Source: an uncultured Gammaproteobacteria bacterium (GTDB taxonomy: Bacteria; Patescibacteriota; Microgenomatia; Levybacterales; GWA1-39-11). Taken from it: DNA of 64,000 nucleotides. Every line of letters starts with the position of its first letter. The stretch's first letter is position 1. The translations under genes and the position numbers were made by a program. The notes beneath the pieces are model-generated. The model saw only the letters and a list, made by a program, of their open reading frames with translations. It did not search any database and was not told the DNA's origin. The stretch lies in contig CAZYWG010000001.1 in the NCBI GenBank assembly GCA_964651815.1, forward strand, positions 65,189 through 129,188. The letters are read 5' to 3'. Positions 1-9,781 of this stretch are shown here, piece after piece.

Positions 1-570
1 GGTGGAAATTCTTCTAGTGGAAATACGGGCGGCAGCAATTCAATAAATACCGGCGGCTCACAAACAAATGTAAACGTTTCGGTAGGTGGGTCTACCAACA
101 TATCTTCATCAAGTTGCGGAAAGATGCTCGGGCAAAATGATGAGTGGGTGGAACTTTTCAACCCCACTGACCACGATATTTCCCTCAAAGATTGGACATT
201 AACCGATAATTCAGGGGCTACTTCTATTACTCATGCGAACAAAATAATTAAAGCCGGCGGATTTGCACTTCTTTCAAAAGACGCGTCCACCTGGACTCAT
301 TGGATTGTTCCCGCAGGGGCTCTGAAAGTGGAACTTGGCAATCAGATTGGCGACGGCCTGGATAATGCCGGTGATCATTTGATACTTAAAAATTCAGGCG
401 CAACAGAAGTTGACCGCATGAGTTGGGGAAGTGATACAACCGGCTTCACGCCGCCTGCTGTTAATCCGCTTGTCCCGCTTGGACACTCAACAGAAAGAAT
501 AGTCCCCGGTTTTGATACGGATGCAGTAACTGACTGGCATGACCAGAATCCACCTACTCCAGGAAATTGA
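1..570 (+). CDS. Lamin-tail-domain (LTD) secreted/surface protein, 5'-truncated by window edge
   Basis: Frame 1 is open from base 1 (GGNSSSGNTGGSNSINTGG...) into the listed ORF. EWVELFNPT...ISLKDWTLTD...LDNAGDHLIL...PTPG is the LTD signature. Confidence 0.8.
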   Translation, partial: GGNSSSGNTGGSNSINTGGSQTNVNVSVGGSTNISSSSCGKMLGQNDEWVELFNPTDHDISLKDWTLTDNSGATSITHANKIIKAGGFALLSKDASTWTHWIVPAGALKVELGNQIGDGLDNAGDHLILKNSGATEVDRMSWGSDTTGFTPPAVNPLVPLGHSTERIVPGFDTDAVTDWHDQNPPTPGN

Positions 571-646
571 TAGAATGCTTGTAATTCATGCTCTACTCGA
601 ATTTTCTTGAAGGGATTTTCTAAAGTTAAATCTGTGTCAATGAAAA

Positions 647-1891
647 TTATCTGTTGAAAACGGAGAAAATAAACTTTCTAATTTTAAAAATAAAATCTTC
701 ATTTTCGAGTTTTAATACCATTGTTTTATTGTTGCCCGGTCTGATACTAATTGTCATTTCTTTAAAACCTACAGCTCGAATTTTTGCAGTTTGAAATGGT
801 GTAAAAAACGGAAAAGAATAATTCCCGTTTTTATCTGTGAAAAAATGTTTGTTTCCAATTTGCATATCTGCATTTTCAATTGAGCCTCCGGCTCCATCCT
901 TTAAAGAGCCGAACGCGAGAGATGGTAGGTACACTGACTGAACCGCCGATACTGCATCTTTGGGCGTTCCATCGTCTCTCCACAACGCAGTTGAGCCACC
1001 TGTATTTGTCCAATAATTTACGCCAATTACTTCTTTTTCCTTGACAAGACTCGCAAGTGCATCTTTTATCCAAGAGGCTTGTTCTTTATCATTCATTTGA
1101 CCGTTAATGTCCGGGATCGGCGCGCCAAATTCACCTAATACTATTTTTCCGCCTGAAGTATTAGAAATTGATTTTATGTCAGAAACAAGCTTTTCAGGAG
1201 TTGTGACATAATGGTCAATTGCAACAACTCCATCCAATGCGTTTGTTGTATCGCGGTCCATAACAACCTTTGCAACATCCGCGTTCATTGAATCAAAATT
1301 GGAAGCAACATTTTTGTTTATTCCCACAAATTGTGCGCGTGTTACAGAATACTCGTCAATCATAAATTTTCTAAAACCCTCAATATCTCCTGTCTGCCGT
1401 GGATCTCCTGCGTCAGTGCCCCCATTTTCACATTCCGGACAAGCTGTAAAAACGTCTCCGTCCATAAATAAATCTTTATGTTTTGTAATAAAATCTGCCG
1501 TTTTTTTAAGATGTTCAGCGCGTGTTATTTTAGGATAATCAAACCAACCTTCCCACCCGGAAAAATTACCCCTAAACCAAACTTTCAAATTGTATTTTCT
1601 GGCGGCTGCAACCCATCGGGACAGTATGGGATAAAATTCCTCGTCATATGGTGTTGCAATTGCCACATGTGTTGCGCCAGCTGCAGCAATGTTTCTGTCC
1701 TGTTGGTCAATTACCCCATCAAATGATGGGTCTTTCAATTTCTGTCTTGATAAATCACGGGAATATTTCATGGTATCAATTGACTGAAAATTCCACCACG
1801 TGGCTTTTTGTTGAAGGGCATTTGTCTTAAACCCTACAAATAGAAAATAAAATATAACTACTATAAGTACGAGAACTATTATTTTTTTCAT
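647..1891 (-). CDS. Secreted/membrane-anchored putative glycoside hydrolase (GH-A-like TIM barrel) with C-terminal carboxypeptidase-regulatory-like beta domain
   Basis: N-terminal hydrophobic signal. Candidate acid/base ACPECENG, AIDHY, and nucleophile-like VLGEFG. C-terminal FTDKNGNYSF...IRAVGF. Confidence 0.6.
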   Translation of the reverse strand: MKKIIVLVLIVVIFYFLFVGFKTNALQQKATWWNFQSIDTMKYSRDLSRQKLKDPSFDGVIDQQDRNIAAAGATHVAIATPYDEEFYPILSRWVAAARKYNLKVWFRGNFSGWEGWFDYPKITRAEHLKKTADFITKHKDLFMDGDVFTACPECENGGTDAGDPRQTGDIEGFRKFMIDEYSVTRAQFVGINKNVASNFDSMNADVAKVVMDRDTTNALDGVVAIDHYVTTPEKLVSDIKSISNTSGGKIVLGEFGAPIPDINGQMNDKEQASWIKDALASLVKEKEVIGVNYWTNTGGSTALWRDDGTPKDAVSAVQSVYLPSLAFGSLKDGAGGSIENADMQIGNKHFFTDKNGNYSFPFFTPFQTAKIRAVGFKEMTISIRPGNNKTMVLKLENEDFIFKIRKFIFSVFNR

Positions 1892-1892
1892 G

Positions 1893-3533
1893 TTATCTTT
1901 GTGGTCCTAACACTGGCTTTGTATTTAACCCATTTAAAAATTGCGGTTTTAATTCGTAAATATCAGCAAATGGATAATGGTTGACTAATTTATAATCTCC
2001 AAGCTTATATGCAGTTGTTTTACTTACTAACTTAAATGTGGAATCATTAAGATCATTTGTTCTCATTACTATCCACCTTGCCCAACGGTCCGGCAAGGTT
2101 GTTGCTGATGTCCAATATAGACCTGTCCCCTCATGAATAAAACGGCCCATAGAAAGCCCTGAGGAAAAAATAATGGCGTCGTGGGAGGCAGCAGATATTA
2201 ATACAAAGCCGGGCTTATTAGTAACATTATTTCTGAGCCATCCGGAAACTTCGGAAACGTTTTTTTGTGAAGATCCAACTTTGGCGTCATCTATAGTAAC
2301 CGCGTCAAAATTTGCAAAAGAGAAGAAAAGAACAAATGCAATAAGCCCTATCAAAACAAGCCTGAAATTTTTGGCGCGGCCTACCAGATATCCTGCAAAG
2401 ATTGCAATTGATGGCATCATCATAATTCCATAGCGCACATTAAACCAGGTGTTTCCAGAAATTCCCTGGATATATAAAACGGATTGACCCATAAAAAGCG
2501 CGATAATGTTAAATATTAAAGGCGCAAGAAGCGCGAGAGACGCAATTTTGACTGAAGTTTTTACTTTTTTGTCAAGCCAGAAAACCACAGCACCTAATAA
2601 ACCAAGTATAGAGATGAAAACATTTGAATTATATAAAAGTGCGTATAGATAAACCTTTATAGAAAACAGTAAATTTCCTTTTGTTGGGAGAACTCCTGCA
2701 GCAGAAAGTTGTTGCTGCTGGGTTGCCGCTGCATATGGTCCTGTTATAAAATAAAGAGGATCTTTAAAAATTAACAGATTCCATAAAAACCAAAGAGCAA
2801 TACCGAGCCCTGCAAGCGTACAGAAAAAAATCACAGCGCCCTCACTTGCTTTGTAGCCTTTTTTTCGGAAAACATGAACGCAAATTAAAACTATTGAAAC
2901 GATAAAAAGAAACCATCCGTCGTACCGTACGAGAGTTGAAAGCATTATAAAAAATGCACCTTTTACAAGACTTAAAATGTTATCGGTTTTAAACCATTTC
3001 AGAAGTTCATAAACTCCCGCCATCATTGTTGCAATAAGCAAAAGCTCCGTCATTGCAGTTGATTGCAAATACAAAATATTGAGATTTGCTACAAAAATTG
3101 CGGCACCTGCAAGTCTCCCAAAAATTCCTACACCAAGCTCTTTTAAGAAAAGGTAAATGAGAATTCCTGTCGCAACAAAAGAGATCATAGAAACAATAGC
3201 TCCGGAAAGACCCGTATGCCACATAAAATCTATCCAGACTGTTGGGACCATTAAAAGATGTGGGAGAGGGAGCCATACGGATCCAAGTTGAGCAAGTCCT
3301 GGTTTTAACCCTTCCACAACACGCCTCCCTATATCCAAATGTGAACGTGCATCATTATATTTAAGCCCAAGCCCGTTCTGATAAAAATAATAAAATGAAA
3401 TTGCAGCGATTGCGGTAAGAATAATTAACAATAGAGCGAATCCATATTTTTTTAAAAAACGGGAGACAAAATCAAAAAGTCTATTATTTTCCGAAACTCC
3501 TATTATTAATTCTCCACTTCTAAAACTAAGCAT
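1893..3533 (-). CDS. GT-C fold (PMT/ArnT-like) integral membrane glycosyltransferase
   Basis: Many TM helices, first-loop YNDARSHLDIGRR, STAMTE, LVRYDGW and FNVRYG. ATG overlaps the upstream stop and has a GGAGGAG RBS. Confidence 0.75.
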   Translation of the reverse strand: MLSFRSGELIIGVSENNRLFDFVSRFLKKYGFALLLIILTAIAAISFYYFYQNGLGLKYNDARSHLDIGRRVVEGLKPGLAQLGSVWLPLPHLLMVPTVWIDFMWHTGLSGAIVSMISFVATGILIYLFLKELGVGIFGRLAGAAIFVANLNILYLQSTAMTELLLIATMMAGVYELLKWFKTDNILSLVKGAFFIMLSTLVRYDGWFLFIVSIVLICVHVFRKKGYKASEGAVIFFCTLAGLGIALWFLWNLLIFKDPLYFITGPYAAATQQQQLSAAGVLPTKGNLLFSIKVYLYALLYNSNVFISILGLLGAVVFWLDKKVKTSVKIASLALLAPLIFNIIALFMGQSVLYIQGISGNTWFNVRYGIMMMPSIAIFAGYLVGRAKNFRLVLIGLIAFVLFFSFANFDAVTIDDAKVGSSQKNVSEVSGWLRNNVTNKPGFVLISAASHDAIIFSSGLSMGRFIHEGTGLYWTSATTLPDRWARWIVMRTNDLNDSTFKLVSKTTAYKLGDYKLVNHYPFADIYELKPQFLNGLNTKPVLGPQR

Positions 3534-5085
3534 TTTCTACTCCTCCCTTTTTTGAAATTAAAACATAATAAACAAGCACGCCACCAACAACTATAAATAA
3601 TGAGAACAAAAGAATTTGATAAAACTCTAAAGGAGATAAATAATTTTGTAAAAATGTCTGGTATACAAATGACTTTGAATGGCCGGTAGTTAAAAATTGC
3701 CAATTTCTATCAAAAGAGTATTTTTGTATTTGTCCCGAAATTTTTTCTAAATTTAAAACTTCTAACTGCGGCGGCACAGCACTCGTTGTAATTGCACCCA
3801 ACGCATTTACCGCAATAGAATAGAATGCGACTAAAACGAATATTACTAAAAACCATATTTTTTTACTCCAATATGTAAGAAGTAGTCCAACGAAAATTGA
3901 GAGAATAGCATAGCTTGGAATAAGATATCTCGACCCAAATGCCCACCCACCCCAAGGGTCTCCCCACATAGAATAAAGCAAAATATTTGCACCTACAATT
4001 GCCGCGAGCAAAGGAACCATCTTAACTTTTTTCTTTAGTGACAAAGCAAATCCTAAAATTCCAAATAAAATCACGGGCGCATAATACACTATACCGCGGT
4101 CAGGGCTTATGAAATGGATATAAAGCCCGTTTAAAATACTCCTTGTTTTGAAAAAACCAATTGCAGATTTTTTGTCACCTTCGTTTTGAGCCGCAGAAAT
4201 AGATGCAAGGTCGTGAGTATTTTGTACTGCTTTTGCAGAAGGTAGTGTCCCTGACAGCTGGAAAGCATTACCATAAGATGCTTGGTTAAACCAGAGGAAT
4301 AATATAATGGGCAAAATCATGACAAACGGGGTCAGTATTTTAAAAATGTTAATCTTAACAGACAAGCTTTTGTGAATATTTTCAAATGAAATAATTCTTC
4401 CGACTGCATAGATTCCAATTGGTGCCATAAAGAAAAGATTTGGATAATCAAGCGGAATTGCCGCAGCACAAGAAAGAAACGCGACAGCAAGAGCCCAAGC
4501 TTTATTTGACCTTAATAGCACATAAATACTCAGCAGTATCAGGAAGATTGAGAGATGATGCTGATACAAATCTACTGCATAGGCAAATGCAGGGGTCGCG
4601 AAGAGAAAAATAAATGATGCAATGGTCGCCGCAACCGGGTGACCACCTAAACGAATAACTATTGCTCTCAATAAAACAACGTTAAATAAGGCAAATACTG
4701 CAACCATCGCAAACGTACCTACCTGTGAAACACCTAAATATTTTCCGACTATATAGCCGGGAATTGTCACAAATGATAGAAGAGGTGCAAAAAGTGATAC
4801 ATATCTTCCATGGCTTAATGCAACGTCTGGCGTTGCAAATTTTCCTATATTATTTGAAAATTGGAATGAGTGGTCTTCTACGAGTGAGTAGGTTAATGCA
4901 AACCTCCCTCTTTCAGGAGAAAGCTCGAAAGGACCATCTACTTGCCAAATTGCATTATTTAATTCAGAAGAACTTGGATTACCCAAATTCCCGCGCATTG
5001 AAAATGCAAGAATCAGGGCACAGAATCCTACAAAAAATATTATCAAAATTTTGCTTAGTATTTTATTACTCATAAACTTTTTCAT
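3526..5085 (-). CDS. Multi-pass membrane protein, probable GT-C glycosyltransferase
   Basis: About 11 TM segments; LSPERGRF, DLYQHH, SPDRG and WGGWAFGSRYL motifs typical of GT-C-like proteins; glycan operon context. Confidence 0.6.
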   Translation of the reverse strand: MKKFMSNKILSKILIIFFVGFCALILAFSMRGNLGNPSSSELNNAIWQVDGPFELSPERGRFALTYSLVEDHSFQFSNNIGKFATPDVALSHGRYVSLFAPLLSFVTIPGYIVGKYLGVSQVGTFAMVAVFALFNVVLLRAIVIRLGGHPVAATIASFIFLFATPAFAYAVDLYQHHLSIFLILLSIYVLLRSNKAWALAVAFLSCAAAIPLDYPNLFFMAPIGIYAVGRIISFENIHKSLSVKINIFKILTPFVMILPIILFLWFNQASYGNAFQLSGTLPSAKAVQNTHDLASISAAQNEGDKKSAIGFFKTRSILNGLYIHFISPDRGIVYYAPVILFGILGFALSLKKKVKMVPLLAAIVGANILLYSMWGDPWGGWAFGSRYLIPSYAILSIFVGLLLTYWSKKIWFLVIFVLVAFYSIAVNALGAITTSAVPPQLEVLNLEKISGQIQKYSFDRNWQFLTTGHSKSFVYQTFLQNYLSPLEFYQILLFSLFIVVGGVLVYYVLISKKGGVENA

Positions 5086-5094
5086 TTTTTAAAC

Positions 5095-6027
5095 TTAAAT
5101 ACTTATCGATCTTATTGCTTTCTTTGTAGATGAAGCTTGTTTCCATAAACCATTATCATATGTCTTTTTGAGGTGACTGCTAGAAACTCTAAAACCTATT
5201 TGAAACAAACCTGCGGCTATCGTTAAAAATGGATACTTGGTTATCATTTTTCCAACTGCTCTTAATTTATATGAATTGGGTATTTTATATTCACTGAGAA
5301 TTTTTGAACCGAATCTTTCTGCAAGTTGTTGTTTGCCGTTTGAAGACCTTGTCTTCTGGGCTAAAAAATCGCTCAAAGTGCTTGGTACCCTAAATAACAC
5401 TTTTGCGTCCTGAGCCCATTTGAATTTCATTTTATTTTTTAAGGCAAAGAAATATATAAATTGTGCGTCTGAAACTATTTTCTGATCAAATTTTATAGTT
5501 TTTGCTAAATCCGACCTTACAGCAAGAGCACACCCTCTGACATTGTTTATGTTATCTCCATTTTTGTAGTCTCTCCTTGCTTCAAGCCATACCTTAAACC
5601 ACACGACTTGGAGTTTGCCGAAAAATGTATTCTCTGAAACTGGCACCAATCTTGCACTTACTATTCCGATTTCATCTTTATAAAAATTCTCCATCATTTT
5701 GTTTAAAACATTAGAATGGCTAAGCACAACATCTCCATCAAAAGTTACTGTGACATCACTTTTATTAAGTTTGTAAATTTGCGTTAGCCTTTTTTTCTTA
5801 CCTTTTCTTATACCATCGTTCTGAAGTTTTATAAGTTTGTTATGTTTTGCTTTTTCAAAAACTATTCTGTCCGTTCCATCTGTTGTTCCGTCACAAATCA
5901 CGTTTATTTTTTCCAACACGTAACACGTTTGTTTTTGTTTATTAATGGACTCTAACAAATATCCGATATTGTCAGCTTCGTTGTGGACTGGAATTCCAAT
6001 TGATAATGTTAACTTTTTATTTTTCAT
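5095..6027 (-). CDS. GT2 glycosyltransferase (paralog 5 of 5)
   Basis: SIGIPVHNE, DGTTD, FDGD (DxD). Start placed at MKNKK (CAT at 6025-6027), just after the upstream stop. Confidence 0.85.
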   Translation of the reverse strand: MKNKKLTLSIGIPVHNEADNIGYLLESINKQKQTCYVLEKINVICDGTTDGTDRIVFEKAKHNKLIKLQNDGIRKGKKKRLTQIYKLNKSDVTVTFDGDVVLSHSNVLNKMMENFYKDEIGIVSARLVPVSENTFFGKLQVVWFKVWLEARRDYKNGDNINNVRGCALAVRSDLAKTIKFDQKIVSDAQFIYFFALKNKMKFKWAQDAKVLFRVPSTLSDFLAQKTRSSNGKQQLAERFGSKILSEYKIPNSYKLRAVGKMITKYPFLTIAAGLFQIGFRVSSSHLKKTYDNGLWKQASSTKKAIRSISI

Positions 6028-6029
6028 GT

Positions 6030-6956
6030 TTATCTTATCGCTCCTTTTGTGCTGAATGCGACCGCCCATTTTGCGTTCATATTTTTTTCATTTTTCTTTG
6101 CTTTGTATCTACAATAGGTGTTGACCAAGTAAACATATATGCACATAACCGGATGCTTTACAAACTGCTTAATCATATATTTTCTTAGCAATGACTTTGG
6201 AACAAAATACTCTCTTAAAACTGTATCTTCATCAAATAATCTTTTCATTCTCATTGGAGCTGCAATAAATCTTGTATTTTGTCTTACCTGATCCGTGAAT
6301 GACTGAGGTGAACGGAAATTAACTATTGCGCGCTTAACGTATTTATATTTATACCCTAGCTCAAGACATCTAAAAAAAGTGTATGCATCATTTGCAATTG
6401 TATCTTCCGGAACAACTATCTTTTTAACAAGTTCTTTTTTATAAGCTAAAATTCTACCATCTACGGAAAATACGTTATCTCCACCTCTCAATTCCGATCT
6501 CAAAGGGGCATATGCTTCAAAAGTGCAGTTAACTGCCTTTTCTGTAAATGTTTTTCCACTGACAGGTTTTGGATTCCCCCCGCACATTCCAACGCTTTTA
6601 TCTTCCATGAAGGGTTTAATCATGTCCCGTATTACAAACTGGTGAGAGAAGATTACATCCGCGTCTGACTGAATTAGATAATCATTCTTTAAAAAGGCAT
6701 AAAGTTGATTTAACCTTGTGGATTTTCCGAGTCTTTTAGAGTCGCCTATTATTTTAACTTTTTTGGACTTCACTTCTCTTGCGTATTGAACTGTTTTATC
6801 CGTTGCCCCATCAGAATATAGAAGAATTTCATCCAAAACAAATCCTTCTTCTTTCTGTTTCAAAACAGACCTAAGGAAGTTTTTAATATTGCTTTCCTCA
6901 TTATATGCGCTTATTGCAACAGTCACTTTTGGTAATTTTTTATTCTTTATTTCCAT
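6030..6956 (-). CDS. GT2 glycosyltransferase (paralog 4 of 5)
   Basis: VAISAYNEE, DGATD, SDAD, QNTRF. Confidence 0.88.
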   Translation of the reverse strand: MEIKNKKLPKVTVAISAYNEESNIKNFLRSVLKQKEEGFVLDEILLYSDGATDKTVQYAREVKSKKVKIIGDSKRLGKSTRLNQLYAFLKNDYLIQSDADVIFSHQFVIRDMIKPFMEDKSVGMCGGNPKPVSGKTFTEKAVNCTFEAYAPLRSELRGGDNVFSVDGRILAYKKELVKKIVVPEDTIANDAYTFFRCLELGYKYKYVKRAIVNFRSPQSFTDQVRQNTRFIAAPMRMKRLFDEDTVLREYFVPKSLLRKYMIKQFVKHPVMCIYVYLVNTYCRYKAKKNEKNMNAKWAVAFSTKGAIR

Positions 6957-7858
6957 AATAATTTTTTAGAGCTTGTTGCAATATCCCAGGTAGATAAATC
7001 TACTTGTTTCCTCGAGGAAAGATACAATATATAGAACTTAATAGCTAAAAACGCCATTCCAGTAATTGGCTTTTTTAACAAATACATGCTGAGGTCGCTT
7101 GCGATGTATCTAGGAGGGATCTGATATTCTCTTTCAACAACTTTTTTGTCAAAATATTTCTGAATATTGCGTTTTCCTTGCTCAAACCTCATGCTTTGCT
7201 TGGCATGATCAGAAAATTTTGTTGGCGACCTAAATTTGACGATCGCATTTGGGGCAAACTTGAATTTAAATCCCATACCTTTACATGCCAAATAAGAAAA
7301 GGCATCTTCAGGACCTTCCTCCGCCCATATCAGCTTTTTATAAAAATCGCGGCTGAATGCACGGGCTCTTCCGTGACACATGTAAACATTGTCTCCCGCG
7401 TTATATTTTTGATATACCGATTTTTTGAATTCGTGACTATCTGATATTATTTTTTCAAAAAAAGATCGGCCAGGAATGCTTTCAATTGCTGCACCTACGA
7501 GTCCCACTTTTCTATCCTCTGAAATTGGCTTAATTATCTCCTGCATAAAATTGGTTCCAAATGGAAGAACATCAGCATCTAACATGATAAGGATATTTGA
7601 ATTTGCAAGCGAAATAATTTCATTTTGTGTATTCATTGCTCCTTTCCGTTCTTTTCTGTCAATAATTGTTATTTTTTTACTTCCAATCCTTTTTAACATC
7701 TCGACAGTTTTGTCAGTGCTGCCATCTGAAATAACAAGGATTTTATCCAAATGGATGTTTGAATAATCTTGCTTCAGGAGAGTTTGTGCGAGTACTGCAA
7801 TGTTCTGCTCTTCATTGTAAGCAGGTATTCCTATTGTTAGTGTTATTTGTTTTGTCAT
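6947..7858 (-). CDS. GT2 glycosyltransferase (paralog 3 of 5)
   Basis: IGIPAYNEE, DGSTD, LDAD, EDA, QSMRF. Confidence 0.88.
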   Translation of the reverse strand: MTKQITLTIGIPAYNEEQNIAVLAQTLLKQDYSNIHLDKILVISDGSTDKTVEMLKRIGSKKITIIDRKERKGAMNTQNEIISLANSNILIMLDADVLPFGTNFMQEIIKPISEDRKVGLVGAAIESIPGRSFFEKIISDSHEFKKSVYQKYNAGDNVYMCHGRARAFSRDFYKKLIWAEEGPEDAFSYLACKGMGFKFKFAPNAIVKFRSPTKFSDHAKQSMRFEQGKRNIQKYFDKKVVEREYQIPPRYIASDLSMYLLKKPITGMAFLAIKFYILYLSSRKQVDLSTWDIATSSKKLLWK

Positions 7859-7859
7859 A

Positions 7860-8867
7860 TTATTTATTTGTGCTTATTCCGTAATGCAGAAAATCAACCC
7901 AATTATTAATCGTGCTTTTTCCATATCCTTTTCCTGTCAACCCGTGAGTTGCCGAATTTACAATAAATCCACTGAACAAGCGACCGAAGTCTTTTCTGAA
8001 TGAATATTTATTGTTAATTTCCTTTAAAAGCAACTGGTAGAATAAATTATCCCGCTTCCACCAATACCTAATTGTCGTCACCATTTCGTGAATTGGATCC
8101 GTATACACACAGTGCTGCAGGTCAATAAGGACGATCTTTCCTTTTGAAAGCATAATGTTTTTAAAGTGTAAATCGCGGTGTGTAAGAACTTTATTGTTAT
8201 TTTTTAAGAGTGCCGGGATGGAAGCTGTAAAAACCGGAATCCCTTTGATGATACTTAAAGTAAATTTTGGATAGCTAATTAATGCTTTAACTACTAATAA
8301 CGGGTAGAGAAAGATGTAATCAGTAGAGGTTCTTACAGAAATTCTTCTTTTTTCAGCTGCTGTTAAATTATTACCAATGAAGTGTAGAAAATCTATTATC
8401 TTCAAATATATTGATATCTTTTCTTCCGGAACTACATCTTGCGCAACTTTTCCATCTATAAATTCTATTAGAAAAAACACTTTATTTTTATCTTCGATTT
8501 TCTTAATCACCTTTGGAATATATATATCTTTAAACTCTGCAGGCATTTTCTTTCCAATTCTTTTTACCACTTTGTTTAAAACTTCATACATGTATATCTC
8601 GTTTAAAAGCGAGTAATAATGATATCCTTTTAATCTTGCATCCTTCATTTTGGCAAATGCTTTTCTGCCATTTTTGTCTTCATAGATTGCGAGGGGGTAT
8701 GATTTTCTTGGGCCTGTTTTTTTTACCACGGAGACAAACTCAAAATTATCAACCTTTTTAGGAAATTTGATGGGTTCGTAATGCCTCAAATATCCTCTGG
8801 CCCATGCGCCAAAATTGTTTATTAGAAGAGAGAATAAATTATAAGAACTTTTGTTTATATTTTTCAT
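7860..8867 (-). CDS. APH/choline-kinase-like phosphotransferase (protein kinase-like fold)
   Basis: AFAK (VAIK-like), NE, FLIEFIDG, catalytic HRDLHFKN, LIDLQ. Start placed at MKNINK (8867). Confidence 0.75.
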   Translation of the reverse strand: MKNINKSSYNLFSLLINNFGAWARGYLRHYEPIKFPKKVDNFEFVSVVKKTGPRKSYPLAIYEDKNGRKAFAKMKDARLKGYHYYSLLNEIYMYEVLNKVVKRIGKKMPAEFKDIYIPKVIKKIEDKNKVFFLIEFIDGKVAQDVVPEEKISIYLKIIDFLHFIGNNLTAAEKRRISVRTSTDYIFLYPLLVVKALISYPKFTLSIIKGIPVFTASIPALLKNNNKVLTHRDLHFKNIMLSKGKIVLIDLQHCVYTDPIHEMVTTIRYWWKRDNLFYQLLLKEINNKYSFRKDFGRLFSGFIVNSATHGLTGKGYGKSTINNWVDFLHYGISTNK

Positions 8868-8872
8868 ATTTA

Positions 8873-9781
8873 TTATTTTTTTGTCGAAACGGCAGTTTCC
8901 CAATATCCCCCAATATAATTTTCCTTTGGAATTCCTGCTCCTTTTCTCAAAACAACTTGCAAAATCAAAGAAAGACTAGTAAATAAAGGATTTTTAAGCA
9001 AATTTTTTGTGACTGCTTTCAGTTTTAGAATTGTTGAAGTTTTGTAGTATTCGTTGACCCACAATCCAAATTGTTGCTCTACAAATTTTTTTGAAAATAT
9101 TAATCTGCTGTGTTGTGTAAAAAAATCATTTAAATTATCAACAGTTCTGTAAAATACGACTGCTTTTTCTGCAAATTTAAATTTGTACCCCAAACTAACT
9201 GCGGTGAAATAGGTAAAGTCATCGTCAGGAATTATGTTATTTGGAATCACAACTTGTCTCGCAAATTCACGGGTCAATGCAGAAACACATCCCAAATTAT
9301 TGTGTATAGAATCTCCATTGTTTATATTACTTCTTATTTCAAACCAGATTTCAAGCCATGTGTAAATTACTTTTTCAAAAAGATTTCGAGGAGAGAGCGG
9401 AAGATTACATCCACCCACAAGTCCCACACGAGGACTATCAAACTTTTTAATAATTTCCGAAATTACATTCATATGGGCCATAACTACATCTGCGTCTAAA
9501 ATTAAAATAACATCCGATTTGTTGGTTTTATAAAATTTGTTAAGTCTTTCAGCTTTTCCCAATCTTTTCCCGTCATCAATAAGATGTAGGCAATCGATTT
9601 TTTTGATATATTTTTTAACAACTTCTGCAGTTTTGTCACTGCATCCATCACAAGCTACGGTTACAGATTCAAGAATAAAGTTATTTCTTTTTTGCACTCT
9701 TATGGAATCAAGTAACTTTCCTATATTACCCTCCTCATTGTGCGCGGAAATTCCGATTGTAAGTGTTTTATTTTTTTTCAT
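8873..9781 (-). CDS. GT2 glycosyltransferase (paralog 2 of 5)
   Basis: IGISAHNEE, DGCSD, LDAD, PDDD, QHSRL. Confidence 0.88.
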   Translation of the reverse strand: MKKNKTLTIGISAHNEEGNIGKLLDSIRVQKRNNFILESVTVACDGCSDKTAEVVKKYIKKIDCLHLIDDGKRLGKAERLNKFYKTNKSDVILILDADVVMAHMNVISEIIKKFDSPRVGLVGGCNLPLSPRNLFEKVIYTWLEIWFEIRSNINNGDSIHNNLGCVSALTREFARQVVIPNNIIPDDDFTYFTAVSLGYKFKFAEKAVVFYRTVDNLNDFFTQHSRLIFSKKFVEQQFGLWVNEYYKTSTILKLKAVTKNLLKNPLFTSLSLILQVVLRKGAGIPKENYIGGYWETAVSTKK

